A stretch of 64,000 nucleotides of DNA from Diplonema japonicum (GCA_964019335.1 OZ025667.1:1-64000); one strand, 5' to 3'; numbered from the stretch's first letter, positions 23,387 through 36,165 are shown. The notes: a model not told the origin generated them from the sequence alone. Program-made: numbers and translations.

Positions 23387-23977
23387 ATGACCAGTACACT
23401 GGAGGTTATGCAGTTGGTGGAACACTGTGAATGGTACGACCCCATCGTGGCGGTGGTGGCAGAGGTTATGGGCGTTCTTGAAAAAAGTGATGAGGAAGGC
23501 GGAAAAGACACAGTCTTCGCAGGCGAGAGAGTGCAAGACATCGCACAGCTGATGCGGAGGGTGGTAAGGTACGCGAAGTGCTCTGACAACGTATATGTCG
23601 CAGCAGCAATTTACCTGGACAGGGCTTGTATGTCTGGTGGTGTGGCTGTGAACAGAAGCACAATATATAGGTTGCTTGCCGGTTGCCTGCTTCTTGCGAT
23701 AAAGTGGATCGATGATGACATTTATGAAAACACTCACTATAGCAATGTGTTTGGTCTTTCCCTTGCTTCCATTAATGCGATTGAGCGGGTGCTTCTGGGC
23801 CTTCTTGACTGGTCGCTGGCCATCCCGTCTCATACGCTCGAATCGTACCGTCAAGAGCTTCTTCAACACCCTCAGTACGAGCCTGCCGTTGCCTCGTGGG
23901 AAGCTCGCCGAGGAGGGCAGCCTAGACTTCTGCGTACCACGCGGTCCAGAACACCCTCCATGGCTTCCCAGGTTTAA
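23387..23977 (+). CDS. Cyclin, PHO80/P-U type (trypanosome CYC2-like)
   Basis: RVVRYAKCS..YVAAAIYLDR; YRLLAGCLLLAIKWIDDDIYENTHYSNVFG..INAIE..LLDWSL. Confidence 0.9.
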   Translation: MTSTLEVMQLVEHCEWYDPIVAVVAEVMGVLEKSDEEGGKDTVFAGERVQDIAQLMRRVVRYAKCSDNVYVAAAIYLDRACMSGGVAVNRSTIYRLLAGCLLLAIKWIDDDIYENTHYSNVFGLSLASINAIERVLLGLLDWSLAIPSHTLESYRQELLQHPQYEPAVASWEARRGGQPRLLRTTRSRTPSMASQV

Positions 23978-24712
23978 TGCTCAGGTTTTTTTTTTCTTCT
24001 TTTTTTTTTTTTTTTTTTTGTTTGTTGTTGCCCCTTCTTCTTTCCCCCCTAATGCATCGGAGGGGGGGGAAAAAAAGAAAAAAAGAAAAAGATTCTTCAC
24101 AGGAGATTTTTTTTTCCTTTTTTTCCCCCCCCCGTTTTTTTCTTCTTCTTTTTTTTTCCCCCCCCTTCTCTTCCATGTTTTTTTTTTCCCGCACTCTTAA
24201 ATATCCATACACGTTAAAGGGGGAGGAAAAAGGACAAGTTGAGTGGAAGAAGGAGGAGAGGGGAAAAAAAAAAAAGGGGGGAAAAAAAAGCTAGTGCTGG
24301 GGAGGGAGGAAAAGGGGCTGTTAAAACCGTGAGAAACATTCCGTTTCTCTCTTTGAGTCTATTTATTGCATTTATTTACCTATGTGTTCCTTCAGGCTGT
24401 GAACATCACCCCTTCCTCGTTTTTATTTTTTTATTTTTTTATTTTTTTGAACTAGCCAGTAGTTTCCCAAGGGGCTTTATCCTAAGGGTTTCACCTGTGC
24501 TTTGTTTCTTTTTTTTTTTTATTATTCACAAAAAAGGAGCCTAATTAGGATCGCGGTGGTAAATAAAGAATTATTATTATTTATTTTTTATTTTTTATTT
24601 TCCCCTATTTATTTCAAAGAAAAGGGGAAGAGAAAAAAAAAAATCCTGGGAAACCTCTATTTTCCCCATTTCTTTTCTTTCTTTTTTTTTGTCATTCCTA
24701 TTTGCCCTTTTT

Positions 24713-24757
24713 TTCAGGCGTCCTGCCACATACCGCAGGTACCCTTAAATGTCTTTT
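24713..24757 (+). repeat. Short interspersed repeat 3' end (hairpin plus T-tail), family 2
   Basis: TTCAGGCGTCCTGCCACATACCGCAGGTACCCTTAAATGTCTTTT; one mismatch against 62144-62188. Confidence 0.85.
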
Positions 24758-25691
24758 CTTCTTTTTTTTTTGTTTTTTTTTCCCCCCCTCTATGTATCGT
24801 ATTTTAAATGAATAAAGTATTTACTGTATTTCCTGAAATGAAGAGTTTCCGGACTGACAAAATGCCAGTTTCTTTTTTTTTTTTTTTTTTTTATTCTTCT
24901 TGAAGGCCACTAAGGCCACAGTAGGAGCTTCACAAGGGTGGCATTCGTCAGTTTAAGAGTTTTCCATTCAAGCAGAACACACAGGGTGGGTAGCAGGGAA
25001 CGACCCCAAAAGGGAAGCATCATAAGGTGGGCAAAAAAAAATGTTTTTTCATCTTATCTTCTTTTATTCTTATATTAAAATGCGGTACGTTTTTTTTTTG
25101 GGGGGGGGGTGGGATATTTTTTTCATGTTTTACCTCCCCCTTGTTTTTTTTTTATTTATTTATTTCTAATAGCGAAGACAAGTGCAAACAATAAGAGAAA
25201 GAAAACCCGGGAAAAAAAAAGGGAAAGTATCAAGAGGGGAAAAAAAAAGTAAGAGGAACAAAAGAAGGAAAGAACCACCAAGCGCGCCTCTCCTCTTCCT
25301 CCCCGCCCCCCGCCCCACCCCAGTCGGTATTTACTTTAAGTATTTCTTTTTTCCCGTGGGGAAGTAGGGGGGGGGGGGGGGGGGGGGAGGGATGTCGATT
25401 TCCCCCCTGTTTTCCTTTTGTATGTTATGTTATTAACCAAAAAAAATTTTTTTTTTTTGCAAGAACTAGTCTTTTGACTTTTCTAAACAAATGGAGAAAG
25501 TTAGCCAAAATGGTGGTTTGCAAGGGTTACAATCACAACTTCTCCAAGTTCCTACCTGCGAACATGTACAAAGAAAATACCAGTTCCTCTTTTGAACCAC
25601 AACCAGACATCTAAATGGCTGTGAGAGGAGCTCTCACAAAGACCTCCTTTGACTACATAGACTTTGATGCTTTCTTATTTCCCTCCACTAT

Positions 25692-25728
<37 letters not shown>

Positions 25729-26429
25729 GTTTACAAGGTTATTATTATTTCCCTCCCAAACCCAGAAGAAAAAAAAAAAAAAAGAAGAAGAAAAAAAAAA
25801 GAAAAAAGAAAGTCTTCCACACAGGGTCGTGTTTTTTTTTTTTTTCTTTCTTTCTTCCAAATGTCTTAAAATCGTTTTTGGCGAGGCGGAAAATCCCCAT
25901 TCGAAAAGCTAGGTATGCCTTCGCGTTGTAGTTAATACTTGTTTTGCCCCCTTTTTTTAAAATAAAAGCTTGGATTTTTTTTTTTTTTCTTGGCAAATAG
26001 ACTCTTTTTCTTGGTAAGATGCTGCCCACTAGGACGGGGAACGAAAAAACCGAATAACCCCCAGTTTTTGACCAAAGACGGTTCTAAGGCTATTGGAAAA
26101 AACACGGCCAATTAAAAAAAAGAAAAAAAAAAGAAAAAAGAAAAGAAAAGAAAAGAAAAGAAAAGAATAGAAAGAAGAGAAAGAAGTAGTGACACAAGGG
26201 AGACCGAAGGTGTCTGGTTCATACTTGTGTGACTCAAATTTACCCTGCTTCCTCCTTCACTTTTCTACAGATCCACTGTCTATACCCTTATTTTTTAAAA
26301 AGCTATATTTTTTTTTTTTTGACGTCCCCCTTTCAAAGGTTTACAGGAGAAAAAAAAAAGAAAAAAAGGAAGAAAGACGATATCTTTTTTTTTGAAGGGA
26401 GTGGGGAACGTGAAGAAAGTCATGTCTTC

Positions 26430-26460
<31 letters not shown>

Positions 26461-26979
26461 GAAATTGGTTATTTATAACAGGGGGGAGCGATAGTAGTGT
26501 TTAGTCTCGTCATGTCACATTTCTTTTTTTTTTATGTTTCTTTTATTGCGTAGCAACGCGTCCCCATCACGGGGAATTTAACCATTAACTAGCTGAACGA
26601 GAGCCTTTTTTTTTAAATGGCGGTCTTTGTCAGAAGAGGGAGGGAAAAAATCCGTTAGCGGTTAGTGGTTAAGCTCTTTTTTTTTCTTCTCGCTTTCTAC
26701 ACCCAAAGAAAAAAAAAAAAGAAAAAAAAGAAAAAAAAAAAAAAAAAAAAAAACCCTCTCCCTCTCTCTAAGGAGAGATCCCCATCCCCCCCCTCTCCAC
26801 TTATGCCCTTATGGTTTCTTACCGGTTTATTTCTTTCTTTTCCCCGTTTGGGGTGGGGTTGGGCGGAGGCATCAAGAGTTGACTCGCTTCCAAAGCGGCA
26901 GTTTTAGCAAATAAATTTAGTTTTCTTTTCTAGTAGTGGTGGGGTAATATAGAAATATAAAGAAGTCCTTTAAAGTACA

Positions 26980-27196
26980 TCAAATGTGTTGTTCGCTGTT
27001 GACCTCCTCTTCGGTCATCACCGGTAGCGACCGAGTGGGAGAAGCAGATGTTCAGGGTGATGATAAATGGGCAGCAAACTGCACGAGCTCAGGATCTTAG
27101 TCCGGACGCCCCGGTTGGGGTTGCAGCTAGGCCGTGGTGCGCCCTCTGTAATCATCAAGTAGATGGTGCTTGTGCAGGGCACCCCCACCGCTTTCA
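26980..27196 (+). repeat. Degenerate interspersed repeat (homolog of 31481-31720)
   Basis: Shares ATGTGTTGTTCGCTGTTGACCTCCTCYTCGGTCATCACCGGTRGC and colinear ACTGCA, GCTCAGGA, TGCAGCTMGGCC and GTGCTTGTG blocks. Confidence 0.75.
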
Positions 27197-27334
27197 TTTT
27201 TTTTTTTTTTTTTTTTCAAGAATTTTTTTGTTGTGTTTTGGATTCTTTCATTGATGCCCCTTCCCCTCTCTACCATCTTTTTTTTTTTTCTTCTCTCTTA
27301 TTTATTTCTCATGTGCAATACAAAAGAAAGGATT

Positions 27335-27365
<31 letters not shown>

Positions 27366-27768
27366 CGCCCACCGAAAATTGTTTTCCTTTTTTTTTTAAA
27401 TATATTATATCTCTTTTTCTTTTCCTTTGGTGGGGCTGTAGCGTATACTTCGCTCCACATTGCAGTTAATTTTATTTATCTTTTTTCTCCCTTTGAAGTA
27501 AGACAAAAATGGAAAGTCCAAGCTTAAGTATTCGGCACACGTTAAAAAGGGGGGAGGAGGGGGGGGAAAATCATAAGAATTGTTATCTTCTCCCCCCTCC
27601 CCTTTTTTTCCCCCTTTCTTTTCTTCTTACTTTCGTCCTTGTGTTGACAGGCCTCGCGTGGTGAGCCGATGAATGCCTTTTTTTTTCCCCTTTCTTTTTT
27701 TTTTCTTTTTTTTTTTTTTCTTTTCATGAGTTTTCCCATATTTAAAAAAAAAAAAAAAAATAGCTTTT

Positions 27769-27830
27769 TACTGCCAACAAGTAATGACTTTACCGTTACC
27801 TCGAGGTCGGTAAAGCATTACTTGGCGGTA
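27769..27830. repeat. Long imperfect palindrome/foldback hairpin
   Basis: TACTGCCAA-CAAGTAATG-A-CTTTACCG pairs with CGGTAAAG-CATTACTTG-GCGGTA around ACCTCGAGGT. Confidence 0.8.
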
Positions 27831-27839
27831 GGTAAGTGG

Positions 27840-28440
27840 TTTTATTTCACGACACTCTGAAATTACTTCACCACGAGGGGCACAACAGGGTGACAAGGGG
27901 TACAACAAGAGAGGGGTTACAAAGGTTACAATACAAGTTGTTTCCTCCTTTTGTTGACTAAAAGTGCTGCCGCTGTCGCTGGCATTGCCACTGTCACCAT
28001 CTCTAATCAGGCCTTCTCATACCTGGCGCGGCCGCTGGCTCCTTTTCTTCTGCTGCTTCGGTATTTCGAAGTCTTTGGGGAGCTTGGGTAAGCTGACTAA
28101 GTTACCCTTGCCCGCAGAAGAGTTACCCCCAGAATCTAGGAACAAGGCCTAGCCAAAAGTGGGCAAATTGGGAGGAAAAAGTAGTCCAACTTGGAACTGA
28201 GCCGAGGCAAAAGTTGGCCAATTGAGCTGAACCTGGGGGAAATTAGCAAACTGAGAGGAAAAAGTAGCCCCACTGGGAACCGAACCGAGGCAAAAATTGG
28301 CCTACCGAGGCATATTATTTACCGGAAACCCCTATTACTTCACGGAAAACAGGCCATTATTTCACCGTGAAGTAATGAGATTTAGCGTGAAGTAATGGGC
28401 CCCCCAGTGCGTGAAGTAATTTCTGAAGAGTGAAATAAAA
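27840..28440. mobile_element. MITE-like non-autonomous DNA element with imperfect TIRs
   Basis: Left end TTTTATTTCAC-N8-GAAATTACTTCAC; right end GTGAAGTAATTTC-N6-GTGAAATAAAA. Subterminal GTGAAGTAAT copies and an internal ~57 nt direct repeat (about 28163 and 28246). Confidence 0.6.
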
Positions 28441-30715
28441 AAAAAAAAAAAGAAGAAGCAGCCAAAAATCTTTTTAAAAGAGTTGTAACATATGAAAATT
28501 GAAAATATGAGGGGAGGGGGGGGGGGGGGGGGGGGTACTGTCTCATAAGCCAAAAGGTGGGTGACAAAAAAATGCACACTGTTTGTTCTTCCTCTCCCGA
28601 AACTCTGTTAACTTTCTTTCCTGGGGAAGTGTCCCTGTCGTTCTCTTTATATTCACGCAACTTGGTAAGTCCCTCCTTTTTTTTTTTACCCCTTCTTCTT
28701 TTTTTTCTTTCTTCTTCTTCTTCTTTTGCTCCATTTCTTTTCATATCTTGGCAAAGGGAGGGACATGTCCCTTTTTTTTTGCCTATTTAAACGGGTCAAA
28801 AGTGAATCAAGCCACCCTCAGGCTGGTCGCAAGAAAAAGAAAAGAAGAAGAAAAAGAAGAAGAAGTACTTTCTTTTCCTTTGAAGCCAATAATTCTTTTA
28901 AACCCCCCCCCCCCACCCAACTCCATCCCTGAAAGGAAAGTCTGCGATTTTATTACAAATGAGCATCCGTTTACCACTTTCTAACCAAGATGCGGATTTT
29001 TCCTTCTTTCTCTCCCCTTGCCACCCCAGAAGTTCTTGCAAAGAAAGAAAAAAGAGAAGAAAAAAAAAAGAGAAGAAAAAAAAGAAAAAAAAAAAGGCGA
29101 GGCATGAAACACACACACTAATTGATCAAAAAGAGTGATTGATGTCTTTTGTACTAACTATTAAGGTGGTCGCATTCCCACTATTCCTTTTATTTTATTA
29201 TTTTTTAAAAAAAGAAATAATAATAAATAAAAATGACTGGAAAGGTTATGACTAGGTGCGTTGGTACTACGGCTATCTTCTAGCGGTTCTAGCACAGGTC
29301 AAAAAAAAGGCTAATTTACCCCATGCGCTGTATGGTAGTTTTAATGGCCTTTCTCCCCCCTGTAGCTTTTAATTAAAAAATAAAAAAGAAGAAGAAGAAA
29401 AAAAAGAAAGAAGGATGCAACCATATGAGGTGCAGCACATTTGAGGGTACTAGCTTTTTATTATTATTTTTTTTTTTTTAATTATTGTGTAAAAGAAGGA
29501 AATTAAAAAAAAAAGAAAAAAAAAAAGAAAAAGAAAAGGAAACGTAACTTACCGCCCTGCACCGCCATATTCAACATTTGTGAGATGCCACCTTGTCCCG
29601 GTTATACTCGTCTTTCTTTGTCAAGAAAAAGAAAGAGCGAAAGGGAGGGCAAGAGTTTCGCACCCACAGGCCACACTAAAAGAAAAGTTTAAAAAAAAAG
29701 AAAAAAAAAAAGAAAAAAAACGTTGATTGGAAAAAGAGAGAGAAAAAAAAGAGGGAAAACAAGAAAAAGACCCCCCCCCCCCGGGATGCTTTGGTTATAA
29801 AAGAAATTGAAAGAAAATTAAAAGAGAATTAGAAGGGGGGAAAAAAAGAAATATTTCGTCAAGTCTTGAGACATTTAAAAAGAAAATGGTAAAGTTTGAT
29901 GTGATGGTCCTAATTATGCTAACCGAGTACACCCAACCTCACATTTTTTTTTTCTCTCTCCCTGACTTGTCCATATCCATACTATACCAGGAAAAAAAAA
30001 AAGAAGAAAAAAAAGAAAAGAAGAGGTGGGGTAAAAGACAGTATAAATTCTTTTTAAAAAAGTGACCTCGCCCGCCACGACAAAATTTATACTATCGTGA
30101 TAAAAAGAAAAAAAAAAAAAAAACTGGTTCGACTCGCGAGAACAGAAAGTAGGTGTAATGAAACGACATAGCCTATGATTCATGATTTGTCGGTAATAAA
30201 TAGCTTTTTTTTTTTTTCTTCTTTTTTTTTTTCTCTAAATTTATTTAGGAACTTTGCACGCTGAACACTCCATAACCAGACGCCGCCCTCCACGTAAAAA
30301 GAAATATTAATTTCATTCTTGAAGGAAGGAAAAAAAAAAAAAAAAAAAGAAAGAAAAAATAAGAAAGAAACAACTGAAAAGTTAAGAGAAAAGACACTGT
30401 GAGGCTTTGTTTTTTTTTTTTTTTTTCCCGTTCAGTTAGTAGTTCGATTTGACGCTCCAAATCTCTAAAGCCTATTGTTTTGACCCCTCCTTTCCCCGTT
30501 GAAGAAGGGCGGAGGAAAAAAAAAAAAAAAAAAATGCTATTTTCTCAAAACTACTCAAAAATCGGTTATTTGTTATTTGAATTTTGGTCATTTGCTTGTA
30601 AAAGTTTTTTTTTAAAAAAAAAAATCTCGGAAGATGTTTTGAAAATTCCTGCTGAGCTTTGCTAAACGAGTTTTAGAGATATGGAGCGTGACCCTTTAAA
30701 GGCCCAATGTCTTTT

Positions 30716-30748
<33 letters not shown>

Positions 30749-31480
30749 GTTCTTTCTATTTGGGAGAAGCTCCCGTTTCGGCACAAGAAGAACCTCACAA
30801 GGTCTAGGAGCTTCCCCGTCCTTTCAGCTTCTTTTTTTTTGATGGAAAGGGGGGAGAAAAAAAATAAAATAAAAAACAAAACAAAAAAAAAAAAATTAAA
30901 CAAAACAAAAGTACGGTTTTCCCCTGGTGATTGTTATCATCCTTATTCATCCCTTCAGAGCGCCCCTCTACTGATCAAAAAAAAAGGAAGGGAAAAGTTT
31001 TTAACTGTAACCCACGCGCGCTTTTTTTTTTTTTTTTTTTTTTTTTTAACGCTACACAATGCACACACTGTTGCCTTTTTTTTTTCTCTTTGCAAAAGCG
31101 AGTCTTTTGACTTGTTTAAAAGAAAAGGACTTACCAATCGTGTTTCGATTTATAAACCTTTCTCCAGGTTTCTACCCCCCCCCCCCAGCACGGACGGTTC
31201 CTCTTTTTATTTTATTTTTTTTGAAAAAAGAAATACAAACTTAGAAAGAAAAGAAAAAGAAACCTAGGGAACGGGTGGGGGGGGGGGGGGGTCTATACAC
31301 AAGAATAGAATAGAATGGGCAAATGTGCCCTCCCCCCGATGAGGCACCAGTGGGGTTTTTTTTTTCTTCTAACTATCGATAGTTTGCCGTGTGACAGGTA
31401 GAAGAAAAAAAAGGGGGGGGGGAACTGGGAATCGCTGTTCTTTTTTTTTCTTTTTTTTCTTTTCTCTCTTTCTTTCGAGG

Positions 31481-31720
31481 TCAGATGTGTTGTTCGCTGT
31501 TGACCTCCTCCTCGGTCATCACCGGTGGCACCTAGTGGAAGAACGTACTGCATATGCTCAGGAGCGCGTAATCTTAATTACCGGGGCGCCCCTGCTGGTA
31601 GAGCTACACCGCACGCATTAAGGACACGACGCGGAACGCAGAAGACTGCAGCTCGGCCCAGATGCACGTGCTTGTGGTGCCACCAATACATGGCCTCTTT
31701 GGTGGGTTGCCTGACACTTC
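31481..31720 (+). repeat. Degenerate interspersed repeat linking the 26980 and 62112 elements
   Basis: The 5' part matches 26980; GCCACCAA..TGGCCTC..CCTGACAC (31679-31717) resembles 62123-62160. Confidence 0.65.
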
Positions 31721-32169
31721 CCCCTCTCCCTCCCCCCCCAGTTTTTTTTTCTACTACTGTAAGGTGCAAACCAGTGACGGGTACCCGGTAGTACGACGTC
31801 CACAAAAAAAAAAAAAAAAAAAAAAAAAAAAACGAAAAAAGAAAACTCGGACTTTGGTGAGCTGTACAGTTTTTTTTTTTTTTTTTTTTCTTCCTGAACA
31901 GTGAGCCCCCCCCATGCACACTGAAATTTTATCGAGTTTTTTTTTTTTCATTTTACAGTATTTTTTTTTCTCTCTTTTTTTTTTATCTCACCGCCCTTTG
32001 TCACGCTAAGGTGCCGAGCATCTCTTCTTTTTTTTTTTCTTTTTTTTTTCTTCTTTCTTTCTTTTTCTACCCCTAATTCCCTTTCCCTCTCTATCAGCCC
32101 TTGTCGTGTTCTGTTGTTGTTGTTATTGTTGTTTTTTTTTTTTTTTTTTTTTTTTTTTTTCTTCTTGTC

Positions 32170-32464
32170 TCCCTAACGATGCGAGCTGGAGTGCGGTTCG
32201 GAACAAGGCGGGTTAAGCATACCTATTACGACGAAGCTCCATGGGGTGGTGCACAGAGGCTGCCGAGACTACCCAGGCCCTGCTGGAGATAGTCACGCTG
32301 AGGCGCGTGGTGGATGCGAACCGCAGGAGGCCGTTGCCCCTCACAAATGCAGTAGTGGGAACCCACCCAGCTCGGCTAAAAAGATTTATGCTCTCTGCTC
32401 TTAGACCTTCACTTAGCGAATATCAACGGTGGGGCATACTACTAACACCGTTATTTTTAAGACG
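32170..32464 (+). mobile_element. Possible LINE 3' remnant (decayed zinc-knuckle-like C-terminus, hairpin, poly(T))
   Basis: Complex sequence between T-tracts; WCTEAAETTQALLEI resembles C..ET..HLL.C; hairpin AACGGTG/CACCGTT at 32425-32452 is followed by poly(T). Confidence 0.4.
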
Positions 32465-32746
32465 TTTTTTTTTTTTTTTTTTTTTTGTTTCCTCCCATAT
32501 TTTAATTTTGCACCCCATCGTGGGGTGGTTGCTTTAAAAAAATGTTTTTTCTTTCTTCTCATCGACAATTTTTTTTTTTTTTGTTTTCTGCATGCGGCTT
32601 TCGCTCTGGGAGTTTGCATGTTAATTTGAGTTTTTTTTTTTGTTAACCCATCATTAATTGTAGTTTACAACTTTAAAAAAAAAAAGAAGGGGGGCGGGGG
32701 AAAGATTGCCTTGCTTTGTTGCATAGCAAGGTTACAAACAAAGGGG

Positions 32747-32777
<31 letters not shown>

Positions 32778-32887
32778 ATGAGTGAGCAAAACGGCGGGCA
32801 TAATTGCCTCACACCTGATCGGGACAACATACGAAACTGAGTTGCCCTTGGCAACGCGTGCCACTGCCATTTCTCACGACACTTTGA

Positions 32888-32954
<67 letters not shown>

Positions 32955-33170
32955 ATTTCTTCTGGTTAAGTCGCCCTCCTTCTCTGCCTACGCCTTTCTT
33001 TTTCTCCTTCCATTCTTTCAAAACAATTGCGGCAAAATGCAGTAGAAAAAAAAAAAGAAAAAAAAAAAGCCTCTTCAAAAAGAATCGTTGTACTCAAAGA
33101 ATCTTTTTGCGGGCCTCCTAGAGGCAAAAACATTTCTTAGATTCTCTGAGTTTGTAAAACAATCAAAATT

Positions 33171-33217
<47 letters not shown>

Positions 33218-34762
33218 AAGAAACCAAGGTTTACAAAATCTTTTTTTTCTTCTTTTTTTTTTCTCCTCTCCTTTCTTTCCTATCATCTGATGGCATTGGA
33301 TGTGACGGAGGAAGAGGAAGGGGGAAAAGAAGAAGAAAAAAAAAAGAAAAAAAAAAAGAGAAAAAAAAACTGGGGCGACTCTCGTCAAACTTGTCAACTT
33401 CAGGTTTGCCAGTGACACCCCCTTTTAATATTATCACTGTTATTAAATATATTTGCTTTGACTACTGTTTCAGGTACAACTTGCGTCTTTTCGCAACGCT
33501 GAACTTTACTGGATTTATTTAACTGTAAAACCTACCATCCCCTTTTTTAGTATCAGGGAAAAAAAAAAAAAAAAGGGAAAAAAAAAAATAATAGGGAAGG
33601 GCCTGAAGGTGGGTATGACGACCGAAGGAAAAAGGGGAAAAAAAAAAAAAAAAAAAAAAAAAAATCAACTTTGTTTATTTTAGGAGGGGGAAAGCCCCCT
33701 CTTTTTTTTTTCTTCGCATTTTCTTTCTTCGTTTTGCGGACAAATATCCAGGGGAAAAAAAAAAAAAGTTAGGTAAACCAGGCAATCCCTGAGGTTTTCT
33801 ACTCTTTTCTTTTTTTTTTTATATATGTGAACTTAACTAGAAAAAGAGGGGGGACAAAAGGGGGTCTTTTTGACACTTGTCGTCAACTTTGGGGGGGGGA
33901 AAAAAAGAAGGTCACCCTCTTTCTGTTTCACTATGCCCGCTACCAGCGCCTTTAGCTTTTTCTTTTCTTTTTATTTTTTCTTTTTTTTTGAAGTTCCTCC
34001 TCTCCCCCCTATTCATCGCTTTTTTGTTTCAACAGTGGAAAGGAATAAAGAAAAAAAAATGTATTTTTAAATGTTAACAAGTGGTTTCTTACCAAAGAAA
34101 CGAATAAAAGAGAAAAGAAAATGAGAAAGAAAAGAGGAGGGGGGGAACTTTTTGCTAAACTGCACCGCCTGCGGGGGGATAGGTGACATTTTTGCCCACC
34201 GGCTGAAGGTCAACTTTGATATTTGCGATTACAGGTTTCTTTAACAAAAAGGGAGGAATTTTAGCCAACTCCCAGGACTCCTCTTTTTTTCTTTTTTTTT
34301 TTTTCTTTGCTCCCCCCCACCTTCCTCTTCTACATCCCCCTCCCAGCCCTTCTAGTTGCAACTTCTTAAGCGAAGGTTTGCAGGGGGAGGGGAGAAAAAA
34401 AAAAAACAGACCCATAGTAATGTTTTTCTTTTTTTTTTGTTTTTTTTTTTGTTCTCAGAGGCAAGAAAGAAGAAGAAGAAAAAAATCCAATTCAATGAGC
34501 CGTGGGATAAAGAAGAAGAGGAAGAAGAAGAATACAGATACACTAAGGTAGAACAGTGCCCCACAAGAGGGGGGAAAAGAAAGAAAAAAAAAGAAAAAAG
34601 GGAAAGAGAGCAAGAGCTGCAGCGTCTCTTTTTTTTTCTTCCCCCCTGTAATCATGTTGATAGAGCTTGTGAGGCATGCTGCTACCACTGGCCACTGGTC
34701 TTCCTTTATCTTTTTCATATTTTTCTTTTCTTTTTCCAAACACGTCTCAAGAAGAGTTTTCT

Positions 34763-34798
<36 letters not shown>

Positions 34799-35134
34799 TG
34801 CCTTCTTTCATTCCATATTATTACTACTATTCTCTCCCTTCCTCTCTCTCTCCCTTTCTCTCTTCCCCCCCCCCCCCCCCCTACTACCCCAGAAAACAAA
34901 CGGATTAAAAATAAGAAAAGAAAGAAATGAATCGATAGTTAAAAAAAAAGAAAGAAACGTTTTCATTTTTTTTTAAAAAAAAAAGAAGAAAACTCTCTTC
35001 CTATCTAATTTTATTTATATAAAAAAAAAAAGATTTTTTTTCTTCCCCGTTCCGCACAACACAAAACAAGGAAGACTGAGGGAGGGGGAGGGTGTGTGGG
35101 AAGAGAAGGGAAAAAAAAAAAAAAAAAAAAAAAA

Positions 35135-36063
35135 ATGAGCGCGAGGAGGCTTCTCAAAAACAAGGTAAAGTTACAAACAGCAACCGACGGGCCTCTCGAC
35201 CAGGAAGGTGATTTGGACGTTGTGTTTTCTTGCTCTCCTTCAGTAACGCAAATAAAGAAGGACCTTTCAAGTGATCAAGAAGAAAGCGACGAAGAAGTTA
35301 GCTTTGGCGGCCAAGGACTGTCCTTTGGTGCAGACGAAGCAGGAGAGAACGAGGAAGATGACCTTTTCAATTTCACACAGTCACAGCCTGAGCCTACAAC
35401 CCCGAAAAACCTCCCCAGAGTATGGAAGAAAGTTGGCACATCACGGGTTATCCTAACACCTTCCACTTCGGCGCCTTTCGAAAATTCTCAGGCTTCTTCT
35501 CATACCCCGTTGATGTCAAAAGCAGAAGACGAAGCAGCTCATATCTTTTTAAAAGAAATGGAGATCAAGGCATCGCAGCAGCCTGCGGAAAAAATAAAAG
35601 CCGAAAAAGAGGACGCAAGAAGGCGGAAACGAGAAGTGGAGAAAGAAGAGGAGCAGAAGAAGAAAAGACGGCGGGAGGCAGAAGAGCACCTCCTCTTCGA
35701 AAAACAACAACGTGAGGAGGCGCAGGCCGAGCAGAATCGCATGTACAAAGTTGCTCTCTCTTCTCTCTACCCGCCGAGCAAGTCGCAGCTTACTAGCTAT
35801 AACCACCCTTCAATGTTCTGGTCTCCCTCCATGCCTCCCGCTATCAAGGTTGCCCAGTCCCTCCGATGGCTGCTGTCGCGCTCCTGCCCGTTCTCCCCTT
35901 TGCTCCAAAATCACATTGTCGGTCTTCGGCGGGAGTGTGCCAGCAATCCTCAGTATCCAGAAAAGCTTCTTAAAGAAGCTGTGTCTTACGTAAAGTCAGT
36001 GAAAAATGTATGTATTTATTTTTTTGATGGGGGGGTAAAGAGGAAGTTTCATATTTTTTTTGG

Positions 36064-36097
<34 letters not shown>

Positions 36098-36165
36098 TTA
36101 AAACTTGGACCCCCGAAGAGCGTGATTTTGAAGAATACTGCCAAACACTCATAGCAGGAGTTTGA
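35135..36165 (+). CDS. Hypothetical acidic/coiled-coil protein, 1 intron
   Basis: ATG follows an A-run; intron 36008-36096 joins KSVKN|VKTWTPEE, giving 313 aa. Confidence 0.65.

Noticed and set aside
27885-27935. Telomere-like GGGTTAC repeats
   Set aside because: Irregular, not TTAGGG arrays; treated as subterminal motifs of the MITE-like element.
23978-35095. Many poly-Phe/poly-Lys ORFs in the ORF track
   Set aside because: Translations of T/A homopolymers.
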